DNA of 64,000 bases from an uncultured delta proteobacterium (GCA_963737265.1 CAVTRY010000022.1:256001-320000); one strand, 5' to 3'. Positions 49,889 through 59,925 are shown, counted from the first letter of the stretch. A program made the numbers and translations. The notes: generated from the letters alone by a model not told the origin.

Positions 49889-50752
49889 ATGCCGGAAGTA
49901 AAGGGAAGCAAGGGCGTAGGGGCTGTGCCAGCCGAGGCGTCAGGCAGTCGAGCATCGGCGTCCTATCCGACCGCAAGCAACGTCCCGCGAATTGTAGAGG
50001 GGCCGCGCGCTCCGCGCATCCCCGTGGTGGCGCACGTCAAGCTCGGCTACGACAGCATTCTCGATTTTCACGCGAGCCAATCGCTCAACATTAGCCGTTC
50101 GGGGATGTTCGTGGCGTCCGACCGGCCGGGGCCCGTGGGCTCCATCGTCGAATTCGAGTTCGCTCTCGCGGATGGCTTGTCCCTGCTCAAGGGAAAGGGC
50201 GAGGTGGTGCGAGTCACCACCGGCCCGGTGCCGGGCATGGGCGTGCGCTTTCGCGAGCTCGACGACAAAAGCCGCAGATGCATCGAGCGTATCGTGGCAA
50301 CCAACGAACAAGAAGGCCGAGTTTCTCACATACCCCTCGACTTTACCGGCGGGGCATCGATCCTCGATACCGAGGTCTCGACACCGGCCCCGCTTGGGCC
50401 GCGCGGCGCGCATCCGCTTCGCGGTGCCACGCGGGTGCAGCCCGGCCTTTCGGTCAACGGGCGCAGTCTGGAAATACGCCTCACGCCTCTGACAGTTGGC
50501 TATTTCACCAACAACCCGCTCATCAATATTCGCCTCGGTGGGTTCGTCATTCCGATCGATGACGAGGTTTCCCTGGGCGGTGCCTTCGACGTCGCGATTA
50601 TGGACATGGACGGGATATCGCTGTTTCACGGTAAGGGGAAGGTCGTGGCCAAGCACGAGCATCGTATCGGCATTCGCCTTAGCGAAGTGGACAAGGGCGT
50701 GCTGGCACGCCTGCAGGCGGAGGTCGGCAAGTTGAGCCCGGGCGGTCGCTAG
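49889..50752 (+). CDS. tandem PilZ-like protein (TIGR02266-like)
   Basis: NISRSGMFV...GEVVR...GMGVRF, then a second degenerate repeat NIRLGG...GKVV...IGIRL. Confidence 0.85.
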   Translation: MPEVKGSKGVGAVPAEASGSRASASYPTASNVPRIVEGPRAPRIPVVAHVKLGYDSILDFHASQSLNISRSGMFVASDRPGPVGSIVEFEFALADGLSLLKGKGEVVRVTTGPVPGMGVRFRELDDKSRRCIERIVATNEQEGRVSHIPLDFTGGASILDTEVSTPAPLGPRGAHPLRGATRVQPGLSVNGRSLEIRLTPLTVGYFTNNPLINIRLGGFVIPIDDEVSLGGAFDVAIMDMDGISLFHGKGKVVAKHEHRIGIRLSEVDKGVLARLQAEVGKLSPGGR

Positions 50753-50816
50753 CGTCGCCCAGCTCGACCGCTATTCCCCGTCGACTGTTCTGGCGTGAGT
50801 CGTTACACTAGGGCGC

Positions 50817-51791
50817 GTGACTTCCCAAAAGGCGAAAGAATCCGAGACCGGGGACGACGCGCAAGACAAGACCGACAAGGCGCGGGCGCGTCTGGCCAGT
50901 TTGGGGCGCAACGACGCCTGTCCCTGCGGATCGGGGAAAAAATACAAGAAGTGCCACCTGGCCGAGGATGAGGGTGCCACCGTTGCGCCGCCCGCCGCGC
51001 CTGATCCCGAACTGATGCTGACCGAGGGTTGGAGATTATTCGAGCAGCGCCGGCCGGGCGCCGCGGAGAAGGAATTCCGGGCAGCGCTGGCCCTGCGACC
51101 AGAGTGGGCCGACGCGCTGGCTGGGATCGGACTTGCACGCCTGCAGTCGGGCGATAACGACGGTGCGCGCAAGGAGTTTGGCGAGGTTCAGCGGGTGTGC
51201 GAGAAAGTCGCGACTGAATTGCGTGACTCGGGCGCCAAGGACGCGTTTACGCGCAAGGAAGCGCAGGCCTACATTCGATCGTGCCATGCGCTTGGATGCT
51301 TGGCCTTCGACGAGAAGAAATACGAAGAGGCATTGGTTGAGCTCGAGCGGGTCTATGCCGTGGACGAGGGGCCGGTGGGAACCGAGGCTCGCCTCATCGC
51401 CGGTATCGCCTTCATCAAGCTCGATCGAGCCGCCGAGGCGGTGCCCGTGCTCGAGGTCGCGGCGAAATCAGAATCCGGGACCGGGCGTGCACCCATGAGT
51501 CTGGCGCTGGCGCACTTTCTCGCCGGAAATTCCAAGTCCGCCGAAGAAGCGCTCGACAAAGCCCTTTCCGCCAATGGCAGCCTCGGCAAAGTCCTGCTCG
51601 GTCGCATCCCCAAGCGATCGGTGAATCTGGGCACAGCGACGCCTGGCAGTCGCGAGGAGGCGTTTGGCTACGTGCAGACTTACGGCGACGCGTGGGAAGC
51701 GCCCGCCAAGAAGTTCCTCGACGGCTACCTCGAGGCGCGGGCCGAAATCCGCAAAGGTTCGGCGGCCGATGCCGTAGCCAACGAGGACTGA
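50817..51791 (+). CDS. SEC-C motif plus TPR protein
   Basis: GRNDACPCGSGKKYKKCH followed by TPR-like helical repeats. Confidence 0.88.
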   Translation: MTSQKAKESETGDDAQDKTDKARARLASLGRNDACPCGSGKKYKKCHLAEDEGATVAPPAAPDPELMLTEGWRLFEQRRPGAAEKEFRAALALRPEWADALAGIGLARLQSGDNDGARKEFGEVQRVCEKVATELRDSGAKDAFTRKEAQAYIRSCHALGCLAFDEKKYEEALVELERVYAVDEGPVGTEARLIAGIAFIKLDRAAEAVPVLEVAAKSESGTGRAPMSLALAHFLAGNSKSAEEALDKALSANGSLGKVLLGRIPKRSVNLGTATPGSREEAFGYVQTYGDAWEAPAKKFLDGYLEARAEIRKGSAADAVANED

Positions 51792-51833
51792 CGTGGGGCC
51801 GGGTGTGGCGAGGCAGGGTGCGAGGTAGAGCGG

Positions 51834-52262
51834 ATGACTCCCAACAAGTCGACACCACCAACACCTCCCATACCGAGCTCGCCGCATGAGCGCCGAGCCT
51901 CGCGCCGCAATCCGATCCACGTTCGCGTGCACCTCTCCGACACCTACGGCAGCTTTCTCGGCCGTAGCGTGGACGTCAGTCGAGGAGGCTTGTTCGTGCT
52001 CAGCAGCGAGACGCGCAGGGTGGGAACGCTCTTGCGGATCCGCGTGCTGGGGCCGCGCGGCGAGGCCGTCTTTGCCGTGGGGGTCGTGGTGCGCTGCTTT
52101 GCCGACCTTGAAGGCAGTAGTGAAGGCGCGCCGACCCCGGCCATGGCCATCGCGCTAACGTCGACCAGCGAGGCCTGGGATCGCTTTTGGGATGACGTCA
52201 ACGCCAGCGACGACGGCGAGGACGAGGATGGCGGAGGCGGCGAGAGCGGGGATCTGCCGTGA
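51834..52262 (+). CDS. PilZ domain protein
   Basis: ERRASRR, DVSRGGLFV, GVVVR. Confidence 0.85.
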   Translation: MTPNKSTPPTPPIPSSPHERRASRRNPIHVRVHLSDTYGSFLGRSVDVSRGGLFVLSSETRRVGTLLRIRVLGPRGEAVFAVGVVVRCFADLEGSSEGAPTPAMAIALTSTSEAWDRFWDDVNASDDGEDEDGGGGESGDLP

Positions 52263-52690
52263 GCGGCGGGCTGGTTTTCCCCGTTTCCCAGGACAAGGTC
52301 ACGGCGCTGCGGATACGCATGCTGGGTCTTGGGATTCGCGAAGACGACCTAAAGGAGACCTTCGTCACCTCGCAGGGCAAGGGCGGACAGAATGTGAACA
52401 AGGTTTCCACCTGCGTGGTGCTGGTGCACGGCCCGAGCGGCCTGCGCATCAAATGTCAGCAAGAACGCTCGCAGGGGCTGAATCGCTACCTTGCGCGCAA
52501 GCTGCTTGCCGACAAGATCGAAGCGGTGAAACTGGGCGCCGAGAGCAAACGCGTACAGGAAGTCGAGCGCATCCGCCGGCAAAAGCGCCGCCGATCGCGG
52601 CGCGCCAAGAATCGCATGCTGGCGGACAAACACGCTCGTTCCGCGGTCAAGTCGCTGCGCGGGACCGTGGGCAGCCGCGATAGCGACTGA
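52259..52690 (+). CDS. ArfB/YaeJ-like peptidyl-tRNA hydrolase (ribosome rescue)
   Basis: GKGGQNVNKV, CQQERSQ..NR, basic C-terminal tail. Confidence 0.88.
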   Translation: MSGGLVFPVSQDKVTALRIRMLGLGIREDDLKETFVTSQGKGGQNVNKVSTCVVLVHGPSGLRIKCQQERSQGLNRYLARKLLADKIEAVKLGAESKRVQEVERIRRQKRRRSRRAKNRMLADKHARSAVKSLRGTVGSRDSD

Positions 52691-53062
52691 TTAGACAGTG
52701 GCCTTGCCCGTTCGGTTCAGGCGGACAGCAGCGGAGGTGGGATGTCCGGGACAGGCGGGCGGGTTGAGCTTGCGCAATTCCATGCGAAAGCCCGCCATGG
52801 GAAAGCGTGCGCCCAAGGCATCAAGCATGCGCCCGGCCAGGGATTCAATCAGGTGGTGCGTTTCCGACGTGCCGAGCTCGACGACGATCTCCGCCACGGC
52901 ACGATAGTCGATAGTGTCGTCGAGACTGTCGCTCGCCTGTGCTTTGTCGAGCGGCGAGTCGATCTCGATGTCGACCTCGAAGGTGCGCAGGCTGCGCCGT
53001 TCGGACTCGGTGGCGCCGTGACGGCCTTCAAATGCGATCCTGGAAAGGATCAGCGTGGGCAT
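52691..53062 (-). CDS. folB: dihydroneopterin aldolase
   Basis: FEGRHG...ER, SDSLDDTIDY, HLIESLA, LRK. Confidence 0.92.
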   Translation of the reverse strand: MPTLILSRIAFEGRHGATESERRSLRTFEVDIEIDSPLDKAQASDSLDDTIDYRAVAEIVVELGTSETHHLIESLAGRMLDALGARFPMAGFRMELRKLNPPACPGHPTSAAVRLNRTGKATV

Positions 53063-53089
53063 GGCGATGGCGAAGCTTCGAGCGCAGCG

Positions 53090-53611
53090 CTAGATCGCTT
53101 CGGTCTGGCTTTCTTTGCGCATCCTGCGCTTGATGATCTGGCGCTTCACTGGACCCACCATGTCGATGAGCAACCGGCCGGTCAAGTGATCGATTTCGTG
53201 CTGCAAGGCCCGCGCGAACAGCGCCTCGCCTTCAACCTCGAAGGTCTTGCCGTCCGCGTCCTGGGCACGAACCCGCGCCCGCTGGCCGCGTTTGACCGCC
53301 ACGAAAACGCCCGGAAACGACAGGCAGCCTTCGTCGCCGGTTTGTTCTTCGTCGGAGAGAGCAACGATTTCTGGGTTGGCGAGCACCAGCGGCGGCTCTT
53401 CGGTGGTCCGACCGGCGACCTCGGCATCGATGATAAACAGGCGCAACGGCTCGCCAACTTGGATCGCCGCCAGCCCGGCCCCTTCGGCCAGGTACATGGT
53501 GTCTTTCATGTCCGCCACGAGCTGATGCAAGCCCGGCCCGAAGCTTTCCACTGGCAACGAAGCCCTGCGCAGCAGCGGGTCGGGATAACGTAGAATCGGA
53601 CGGATCGCCAT
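53090..53611 (-). CDS. def: peptide deformylase
   Basis: GAGLAAIQ, EGCLS, QHEIDHL. Confidence 0.97.
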   Translation of the reverse strand: MAIRPILRYPDPLLRRASLPVESFGPGLHQLVADMKDTMYLAEGAGLAAIQVGEPLRLFIIDAEVAGRTTEEPPLVLANPEIVALSDEEQTGDEGCLSFPGVFVAVKRGQRARVRAQDADGKTFEVEGEALFARALQHEIDHLTGRLLIDMVGPVKRQIIKRRMRKESQTEAI

Positions 53612-53695
53612 GGAGCTTACAGAATGACATCCGACGGGGAAGCAAGCAAGCGTGCCGGGCACCGACGGGAGGAGCAAGGTTGCTCTCCCCGCGCG

Positions 53696-53724
53696 TTGAC
53701 AAGCCCGGATTCGGTTCGTACGTT
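53696..53724 (+). promoter_or_regulatory. sigma70-type promoter of ribA
   Basis: TTGACA-N17-TACGTT. Confidence 0.55.
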
Positions 53725-53748
53725 TAGCCGCGACAGGCTGAGTTCGCC

Positions 53749-54408
53749 ATGATACTCGCGCGCTATTCCGAGGCAGACCTTCCCACCGTGCATGGGCCGT
53801 TTCGGCTCATCGTGTATCGTGAAGCGGGCGCCGCCATCGAGTGCGGGAGCCTGGTCTGTTCGCGCGAGCACATGGCGGTCGTGCGCGGGCGCATCACGGG
53901 AAGACCCAACGTCCTCACCCGCGTTCATTCGGAGTGCTGGACATCGGAGGTCATGGGCTCGCTCAAGTGCGACTGCCGCGAGCAGTTCCACACCGCCATG
54001 GAGCGCATCGCGGCCGAAGGTACTGGCGTGGTGGTCTACTTACGGCAGGAGGGCCGCGGCATCGGGCTCGGCAACAAGGTGCGCGCCTACGCCCTGCAAA
54101 ATAGCGGCGCCGACACGGTCGAGGCGAATCTCGCGCTGGGTTTCGAGGCCGATGCTCGCAACTACGATATCGCCGGCGCCATTTTGCGCGACCTTGGGGT
54201 TCAGTCGGTGCGTTTGCTGACCAACAACCCGCTCAAGGTCAAGGGGCTAGAGGACGTGGGCGTCGTGGTGTCTGCCCGCGTCGCGCACTGGGTGGGCGAA
54301 AACCAGCACAACGCCGGCTATCTGGCCGTCAAGCGCCGCAAGATGGGACACGTCGGCGATGTCGAACCAGCCCCGCTTCCGATCTTGAAGGCAGTTCCCA
54401 AGCGATAG
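53749..54408 (+). CDS. ribA: GTP cyclohydrolase II
   Basis: RVHSEC, SLKCDC, QEGRGIGL, DTVEAN, LLTNNP. Confidence 0.96.
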   Translation: MILARYSEADLPTVHGPFRLIVYREAGAAIECGSLVCSREHMAVVRGRITGRPNVLTRVHSECWTSEVMGSLKCDCREQFHTAMERIAAEGTGVVVYLRQEGRGIGLGNKVRAYALQNSGADTVEANLALGFEADARNYDIAGAILRDLGVQSVRLLTNNPLKVKGLEDVGVVVSARVAHWVGENQHNAGYLAVKRRKMGHVGDVEPAPLPILKAVPKR

Positions 54409-54451
54409 GACAAGCCGCCAGCTTACCGCAATCCCGCGAAAGGCGCAGAAG

Positions 54452-54523
54452 GTCGTGGCCGTGGCCGGAGTGATCTTCGTCGGCCACGGCCAGGGCCACG
54501 ACGACGACGACGTTTACGACCAC
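54452..54523. repeat. intergenic palindromic element with a GAC/ACG low-complexity tail
   Basis: GTCGTGGCCGTGGCCG ... CGGCCACGGCCAGGGCCACGAC, then (GAC)n. Confidence 0.6.
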
Positions 54524-54671
54524 CCTTCATCGCTCCAACTGGGTGGCGCGTCCATCCTGGAAAGGCGCCTTTTTCTGCCGCCTTCCGCGACGTCGCTGCG
54601 CTTGTCGCGGGATTACGGAGCTTAGGGGCTACTTGACCCCTGGGGGCGCGCCGACTACAACCGCAGGGGCC

Positions 54672-55691
54672 ATGTTCGAAAGCCAGCCTGCGTCGCGCGA
54701 AACGATCTTCTCCGGGATTCAGCCTTCGGGTGAGCTGCACCTCGGTAACTACCTCGGTGCCATACGCAATTGGGTGGCGTTGCAGTCGTCGTATCGCTGT
54801 TTCTTCTGCATCGTCGACTACCACGCCATCACCCAGCCGTTCGAGCCGGCCGAGCTGGGCCGGCGCGTGCGCGAGATGGCGAGCGACCTCATCGCGTGCG
54901 GCATCGATCCAGAAAAATGCACGCTGTTCGTGCAATCTGCGGTGCGCGAGCACACCGAGCTGGCGTGGGCGCTGTCGTCGGTCGCGAGCCACGGCGAGCT
55001 CGGTCGCATGACCCAGTTCAAGGAAAAGGCGGCGAAGAATCCCGACAACATCAACGCCGGGATTTTCACCTACCCGGTGCTGCAGGCGGCGGACATTTTG
55101 CTCTACCACGCGACCAAGGTTCCGGTGGGCGAGGATCAGCGCCAGCACCTGGAGCTGGCGCGCGAGATTGTCCGCAAGTGGAATGCGCGCTTCGGCGAGA
55201 CCTTTCGTGAGCCCGAGGCGCTCTACTCGTCGACACCGAAGATCCTCGGTCTCGACGGCCAGGCCAAGATGTCGAAGAGTTTGGGCAACACCATTTCGCT
55301 ACGCGAGGATGATGCCGCCGTTTGGAACAAGCTGCGCACGGCCGCGACCGACCCGGCGCGAGTGCGGCGTACCGACGCCGGGGATCCCGACAAGTGCAAT
55401 GTGTTCACGCTGCACAAGTTCTTCACCAGTGCGGAGCGCCAGGCCGAGGTGCGCCAGGGCTGCGCCACGGCGGGAATCGGCTGCATCGACTGCAAAAAGA
55501 TACTTCTCGAAGGCATCACAGTCGATCTCGAACGCATTCGCGCCCGGCGCGCCGAGCTTTTGTCCACACCCGAAGCCATCGACGAAATTCTGGTCGAGGG
55601 CGCGCGGCAGGCGCGTGAAGTCGCGGCCGAGACCATGGCCCTGGTCCGCGATCGCCTCGGCATCGAGCACATTCGCGGTCGCGCGCCTTGA
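54672..55691 (+). CDS. trpS: tryptophan--tRNA ligase
   Basis: SGIQPSG, HLGNY, YPVLQAADIL, VPVGEDQ, KMSKS. Confidence 0.98.
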   Translation: MFESQPASRETIFSGIQPSGELHLGNYLGAIRNWVALQSSYRCFFCIVDYHAITQPFEPAELGRRVREMASDLIACGIDPEKCTLFVQSAVREHTELAWALSSVASHGELGRMTQFKEKAAKNPDNINAGIFTYPVLQAADILLYHATKVPVGEDQRQHLELAREIVRKWNARFGETFREPEALYSSTPKILGLDGQAKMSKSLGNTISLREDDAAVWNKLRTAATDPARVRRTDAGDPDKCNVFTLHKFFTSAERQAEVRQGCATAGIGCIDCKKILLEGITVDLERIRARRAELLSTPEAIDEILVEGARQAREVAAETMALVRDRLGIEHIRGRAP

Positions 55692-55693
55692 CC

Positions 55694-56083
55694 ATGCATC
55701 GCCTCGTTTGGATCGTCGCGCTCATTCTCGCCAGCTGTTCAAGCCGCGAGAGCGCCGACAATCCCGAGGGCGCGGTTCATCTCTTTATTGTAGCCGCGCG
55801 CAGTGGCGATCGTGCGTCGGTCTACCAGCGCCTAGGTCCGGAGACGCGCAAGCGCATCGAGGCGTTGCTACTATCGAGCCGGCACCAAAGTGGCCGTCTC
55901 ATCACCAAGCCCGAGGACTTCTTCTCGGTTGGCTGGGCGCCGCCGGCGTGGGAGCCGGCCGGTACGCGCACCGTCCATCGCGACCACGACCACGCCGAGG
56001 TCGAGGTGTATTCGGCCGCTGGCGATCGTCACTCGCTCGCGCTCGTGCGCGAAGAAAAAGAGTGGAAGATCGAGTTTCCGTGA
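55694..56083 (+). CDS. hypothetical lipoprotein
   Basis: Signal peptide with lipobox LASC; C-terminal LVREEKEWKI resembles NTF2-like folds. Confidence 0.75.
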   Translation: MHRLVWIVALILASCSSRESADNPEGAVHLFIVAARSGDRASVYQRLGPETRKRIEALLLSSRHQSGRLITKPEDFFSVGWAPPAWEPAGTRTVHRDHDHAEVEVYSAAGDRHSLALVREEKEWKIEFP

Positions 56084-56188
56084 GGCGAGGCGCTTCGCCA
56101 GCGCCGGCCCTTCCTATCTCGTCCGCTAGCTCCGCCCGTCAGAAGAGCGGCCATATTTCAGCCGCCGGGGCGCCCAGGGCGGAACTAC

Positions 56189-56584
56189 CTAGATGACGAC
56201 CACCTTAGCTCGATGTCCCGGCACCGAGGTCAGCGCCCGATCGCGTGTTACCAATGGCACACGCAGGGCCTCCGCCAGGGCAACGTAGAGACCGTCGTAG
56301 ACAGTGATGGTGTGATGCAAAGCAAAGGCCCGCCCTAGCAGGAAGTCGTGAGCGAATCGCTGGATTGGCAGCGCCTCGAGATCTTCGACTGCCTGCAAAG
56401 CTCGCCCCTTCGTGAGGACACGCTGGAGGACCAAGCGCCGCAGCACCTGGCCAAACTCGGCGTCAAGCAAGTGAGGCGCAGCCATACCGGAGCCCTCGGC
56501 ATCGATCGCGCTAAGTATCTCCCCGGCGTGCGGGTCAATCCCAAGAACAAGATCGACCGCTGCCGAGGCATCGAGCACGATCAA
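56189..56584 (-). CDS. vapC: VapC-family PIN toxin
   Basis: MIVLDAS, APHLLDAE, YDGLYVALAE, LVTRD. Confidence 0.93.
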   Translation of the reverse strand: MIVLDASAAVDLVLGIDPHAGEILSAIDAEGSGMAAPHLLDAEFGQVLRRLVLQRVLTKGRALQAVEDLEALPIQRFAHDFLLGRAFALHHTITVYDGLYVALAEALRVPLVTRDRALTSVPGHRAKVVVI

Positions 56585-56814
56585 CGGCGGGCCTCACGCT
56601 CTGCGCGCACGAGCGCGGCGGAATCGATCCGCGCGCTGGTCTTCGGCCGGCACCGCATTCTCTCGACTACCTCCTCAAGGGTGGGCCGGTTGGCCACTTC
56701 GGTAACCTCACGCAGGAGGAACTCCGACAACGCCATCCCGCGTTCCGCCGCGCGGATTTTTAGCTTGCGATGGATGTCATCGGGAACATGCCGGATTTGC
56801 ACCATGACTGCCAT
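56581..56814 (-). CDS. FitA/VapB-like RHH antitoxin
   Basis: VQIRHVPDDIHRKLKIRAAERGMAL; 4-nt overlap with the PIN gene. Confidence 0.9.
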   Translation of the reverse strand: MAVMVQIRHVPDDIHRKLKIRAAERGMALSEFLLREVTEVANRPTLEEVVERMRCRPKTSARIDSAALVRAEREARR

Positions 56815-56907
56815 GTCACAAGCATGCAAACGTGTGGCGCACATGTCAAGCAGCCGTCACGTCGTGGGTGGGGTGGCCGCCCACCGTCCGTCGCGACCAC
56901 GACCACG

Positions 56908-57417
56908 CTAGAGCGCGGGGCGCTCGCGGACCAGGGTTTGCTCGACGATCTCGATGTCCGCGTCCTGGATCTCGATTTCAATGTCTTCGAATTCCGGCAT
57001 GACAAATCCGGGATTGGTGGCGTCGCTCGCGCCGGCGCGCGGCGGTCCGCGACGATCGCCTACGCGGCGCTCGCGCGGAAAGACCCGGCGTTCAAGTCCG
57101 TCCCCGCGGCGATCATCGGCGCGGCGGTCGCGCGTGAGCAAGCGGCGCAGTCCATCGATGGAGCTCGGCACCTTGGCCAGTTTCAGCGTGCGCGCGGCGC
57201 AAATGTGGCACAGGCTCACCGAGCGACTGTGCACTTCGACCAGGCGCAAGTTTTCGCGGCGGCGCTCGTCGCACACGGCGCAGCAGGCACCGCGAGGAAC
57301 CGGCCGCAGGTCGGCCCATTTGGAATAGCAGCCCCAGCAGCGTCCGCGGCGAAGTTCGGTAACCATGGCGCCGCACGAACCACATGGGATGGTGGCGCGT
57401 TCGATTTCGATGCTCAT
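56908..57417 (-). CDS. hypothetical protein with four CxxC pairs and Arg-rich repeats
   Basis: CGSC, CWGC, CAVC, CHIC, then DRRADDRR and ERRVGDRR, and an acidic tail. Confidence 0.75.
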   Translation of the reverse strand: MSIEIERATIPCGSCGAMVTELRRGRCWGCYSKWADLRPVPRGACCAVCDERRRENLRLVEVHSRSVSLCHICAARTLKLAKVPSSIDGLRRLLTRDRRADDRRGDGLERRVFPRERRVGDRRGPPRAGASDATNPGFVMPEFEDIEIEIQDADIEIVEQTLVRERPAL

Positions 57418-57478
57418 CCCATGTAGGTAACTCGACTACGTGTGCGTGGCAAATTTTCGACTTCTTTTTGCGGTCCGG

Positions 57479-58618
57479 TCAGCCGACCGCAACGACCGTG
57501 GGCAACGGCATGCCGTTGAAATTCGTGCCGCTCGCGATGGTGTAGGCGCCGATTTTTTCGCTGTAGAGCAAATCGCCGAGCTGCAGGTTGACCGGCAGGT
57601 CTTCCGCCACCGAGACCACGTCCAAGGCGTCGCAGGTGGGTCCAAACACGGAAGCTATTTCCGTCTCGCCCCTCTTGAAGCTCTTGAAATGGTACTGGCA
57701 GTGATCGAACAGCACGCCCGAGAAGGTGCCGTAGACGCCGTCGTTGACGTAGTAGCACTGCTTGCCACTGCGCACGGCCTTTCCGATGATTTCCACTACC
57801 AAGGTCGCCGCGGTCGCCACCATGAAACGGCCGGGCTCGGCGATGATCTCGATCTCCGGGCCGAAAAGCCGGTCGAATTCCGAGCTCAGGGTCTTGGCCA
57901 GCTCCGCGAACGGCCGCACGTGCGGATCGTAGGGCGCGGGAAAACCGCCGCCGATGTCGAGGATCTTCACCTGCTTGTGGCCGCGATCCCAGGCTTCCTT
58001 GAAGATCCCGTCGGCGATGCCCAAGGCCTGGACGTAGTTTTGATAGTTCGTGCATTGACTGCCCACGTGGAAAGACAAGCCCTCGACGGAAAGCCCGGCG
58101 TTAAATGCGGCTTCGATGAGGTCGACGGCCTCGCCCGGCGATGCGCCGAACTTCGACGACAGCTCGACCATGGATCCGGTGTTGGGCACGTTCACGCGCA
58201 GGACCAGACCGGCATGCGGCGCAAATTTTTTGATCTTCCCGACTTCGGCGAGATTGTCGTAGGTGACGAGCGGCTTGTACGGATCCAGGTCGGCGAGGGT
58301 GCGGTTGTCCTTCACCGGATTGGCGTAGACGATCTTGTCCCAGATAAAATCCTGGCGCTTCTTGTCCGGCCACCCCTTGATGTTTTCGTGCACGATGTTG
58401 AATTCCGGCATGGACGCCACGTCGAAGCTGGCGCCGGCATCGAACAACGTCTTGACGATGGCGGGGTCGGGGTTGGCCTTGACCGCGTAGTACGCCTGTA
58501 CGCGCGGCAGGAACTTGCGAAACATGGCGTAGTTACGCCGAATCTCACGGTGATCGACGACGAAGAGCGGGGTGCCGTACTTGGCGGCGAGTTGCTTGAG
58601 CTGCCTGGATGAAACCAC
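57479..58618 (-). CDS. fold-type III PLP-dependent ornithine/lysine decarboxylase
   Basis: YYAVKAN, FDVAS, SKFGA, SFHVGSQ, DIGGGF, EPGR, GPTCD, GAYT, FNG. Confidence 0.92.
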   Translation of the reverse strand: MVSSRQLKQLAAKYGTPLFVVDHREIRRNYAMFRKFLPRVQAYYAVKANPDPAIVKTLFDAGASFDVASMPEFNIVHENIKGWPDKKRQDFIWDKIVYANPVKDNRTLADLDPYKPLVTYDNLAEVGKIKKFAPHAGLVLRVNVPNTGSMVELSSKFGASPGEAVDLIEAAFNAGLSVEGLSFHVGSQCTNYQNYVQALGIADGIFKEAWDRGHKQVKILDIGGGFPAPYDPHVRPFAELAKTLSSEFDRLFGPEIEIIAEPGRFMVATAATLVVEIIGKAVRSGKQCYYVNDGVYGTFSGVLFDHCQYHFKSFKRGETEIASVFGPTCDALDVVSVAEDLPVNLQLGDLLYSEKIGAYTIASGTNFNGMPLPTVVAVG

Positions 58619-58687
58619 GTGAACCTCCCGAAGAGGTCCGCAGTCTACAATGGAGAAGTCCGAACGGTCGAAACGTGAATGTGACGA

Positions 58688-59335
58688 CTACTTCTTGCCC
58701 TGTTTGATCTCGCCCAGCCACGACTCCATCTTTTGGGTGCGCTTGTCGAGCTCGGCGCGGACTTCGGCCAGGGGCTTTTCGTCGCCAGCCATCGCCGCCG
58801 CCAGCGCGGCCGGGTAGTCATTGGCCAGGAGATTCAGGCTTACGTCGTGATCGGTGCCGATATTGGAATTGCCGCCCGTAGGATCCATGGTGCGCAGGAT
58901 CTTGCCTTGGGCCTCGATACCCTTACGCTGCTTTTGCGACAGCTTATCCAATTGCGCGGCCGCATCCGGCTTTCCCTTCAGCTTTTGGGCGGCGTCGTCG
59001 AGCTCTTCGCGCGTCTTCTTCTCGAATGCGAGCAGCGCCAGGTGCTTGGGCAACTTGCTCTGGTCGAACTTGCGCAGGCGCGCCGACTCTTCGTCGGCCA
59101 GCTGTTTGGCCAGCTTCTCGTCGGCCTCTTTCTTGGCCTTCCACAGGGCGTACTTTTCCATCATCCCGAGATGCGCGTCGGCGGTTCCGGCGTCGGCCGA
59201 CTTCGGCGCCTCGGCGACGGGCGTTGGCTTGGCCGGTGGCGCGGCCGGCGGCGCGGGTTTGGCGGGCTCCTGACTGGCGCAGGCCGGTAAGAGGGCGATG
59301 ATCCCGATTCCGAGAAACGTGGCGATCCGCTTCAT
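58688..59335 (-). CDS. hypothetical helical lipoprotein
   Basis: MKR...LLPAC lipobox, Pro/Ala linker, Lys/Glu-rich helices. Confidence 0.75.
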   Translation of the reverse strand: MKRIATFLGIGIIALLPACASQEPAKPAPPAAPPAKPTPVAEAPKSADAGTADAHLGMMEKYALWKAKKEADEKLAKQLADEESARLRKFDQSKLPKHLALLAFEKKTREELDDAAQKLKGKPDAAAQLDKLSQKQRKGIEAQGKILRTMDPTGGNSNIGTDHDVSLNLLANDYPAALAAAMAGDEKPLAEVRAELDKRTQKMESWLGEIKQGKK

Positions 59336-59441
59336 GGCTATACCTATACAACGGAACGCCCGAAAAATGGACGCGCGCATGCCAGATTACGTCGACGTTT
59401 TAGTTGTACTCTACATTACTATGAATTACCATTAAAACAAT

Positions 59442-59813
59442 ATGGGCACATGGATCAAGCCGGGTCTCCCGTGTGGGGTAGCGGTGGCCGAGCCTACGGG
59501 AAAACACACAGGATCGGCAGGTTCGCCCGTTGCCGAAGACGAGGATCCAGAGGACGACGCCTCGGCGGACGTAGACTTGGAATTCGAAGCCGAGACACCG
59601 ACCGAAGCCAACCGCGCCAATCCGCTGTCGGCGCCGGGTGGTGAGGCCGAGAATGGAACACCGCCGCCCGAGCCGTTCTCGGGACCTGGCTCCTACCGGA
59701 TGGTCCGGCCGGCCATCTCGGACTACGTGGCAGGGCCGGTTCAAGTCGCGGGCAAGGCCGACAAGAGCCCTGTCGGCCGCCTGATCATCGGCGTGGCACG
59801 CAAACCCCAGTAG
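59442..59813 (+). CDS. hypothetical acidic low-complexity protein
   Basis: 123-aa ORF with genome-like codon usage; no recognisable family. Confidence 0.45.
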   Translation: MGTWIKPGLPCGVAVAEPTGKHTGSAGSPVAEDEDPEDDASADVDLEFEAETPTEANRANPLSAPGGEAENGTPPPEPFSGPGSYRMVRPAISDYVAGPVQVAGKADKSPVGRLIIGVARKPQ

Positions 59814-59925
59814 CGACGGCATTCGCCGCGTTCAACCGCATCGTGGTTGAACTTCGACGGCGCTCTCCTCTAGTATCCGTGTCGACGTTTCGATGCTCCG
59901 CAGTCCCTAACGGCGCGTCCCACAC

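Noticed and set aside
53612-54671. FMN riboswitch before ribA or T-box before trpS (also TPP before thiE)
   Set aside because: Consensus motifs are absent, and the apparent promoters lie too close to the start codons to leave room.
56189-56814. VapBC pair as part of a mobile element
   Set aside because: No integrase, transposase, terminal repeats or target duplication is visible; it is an ordinary type II TA module.
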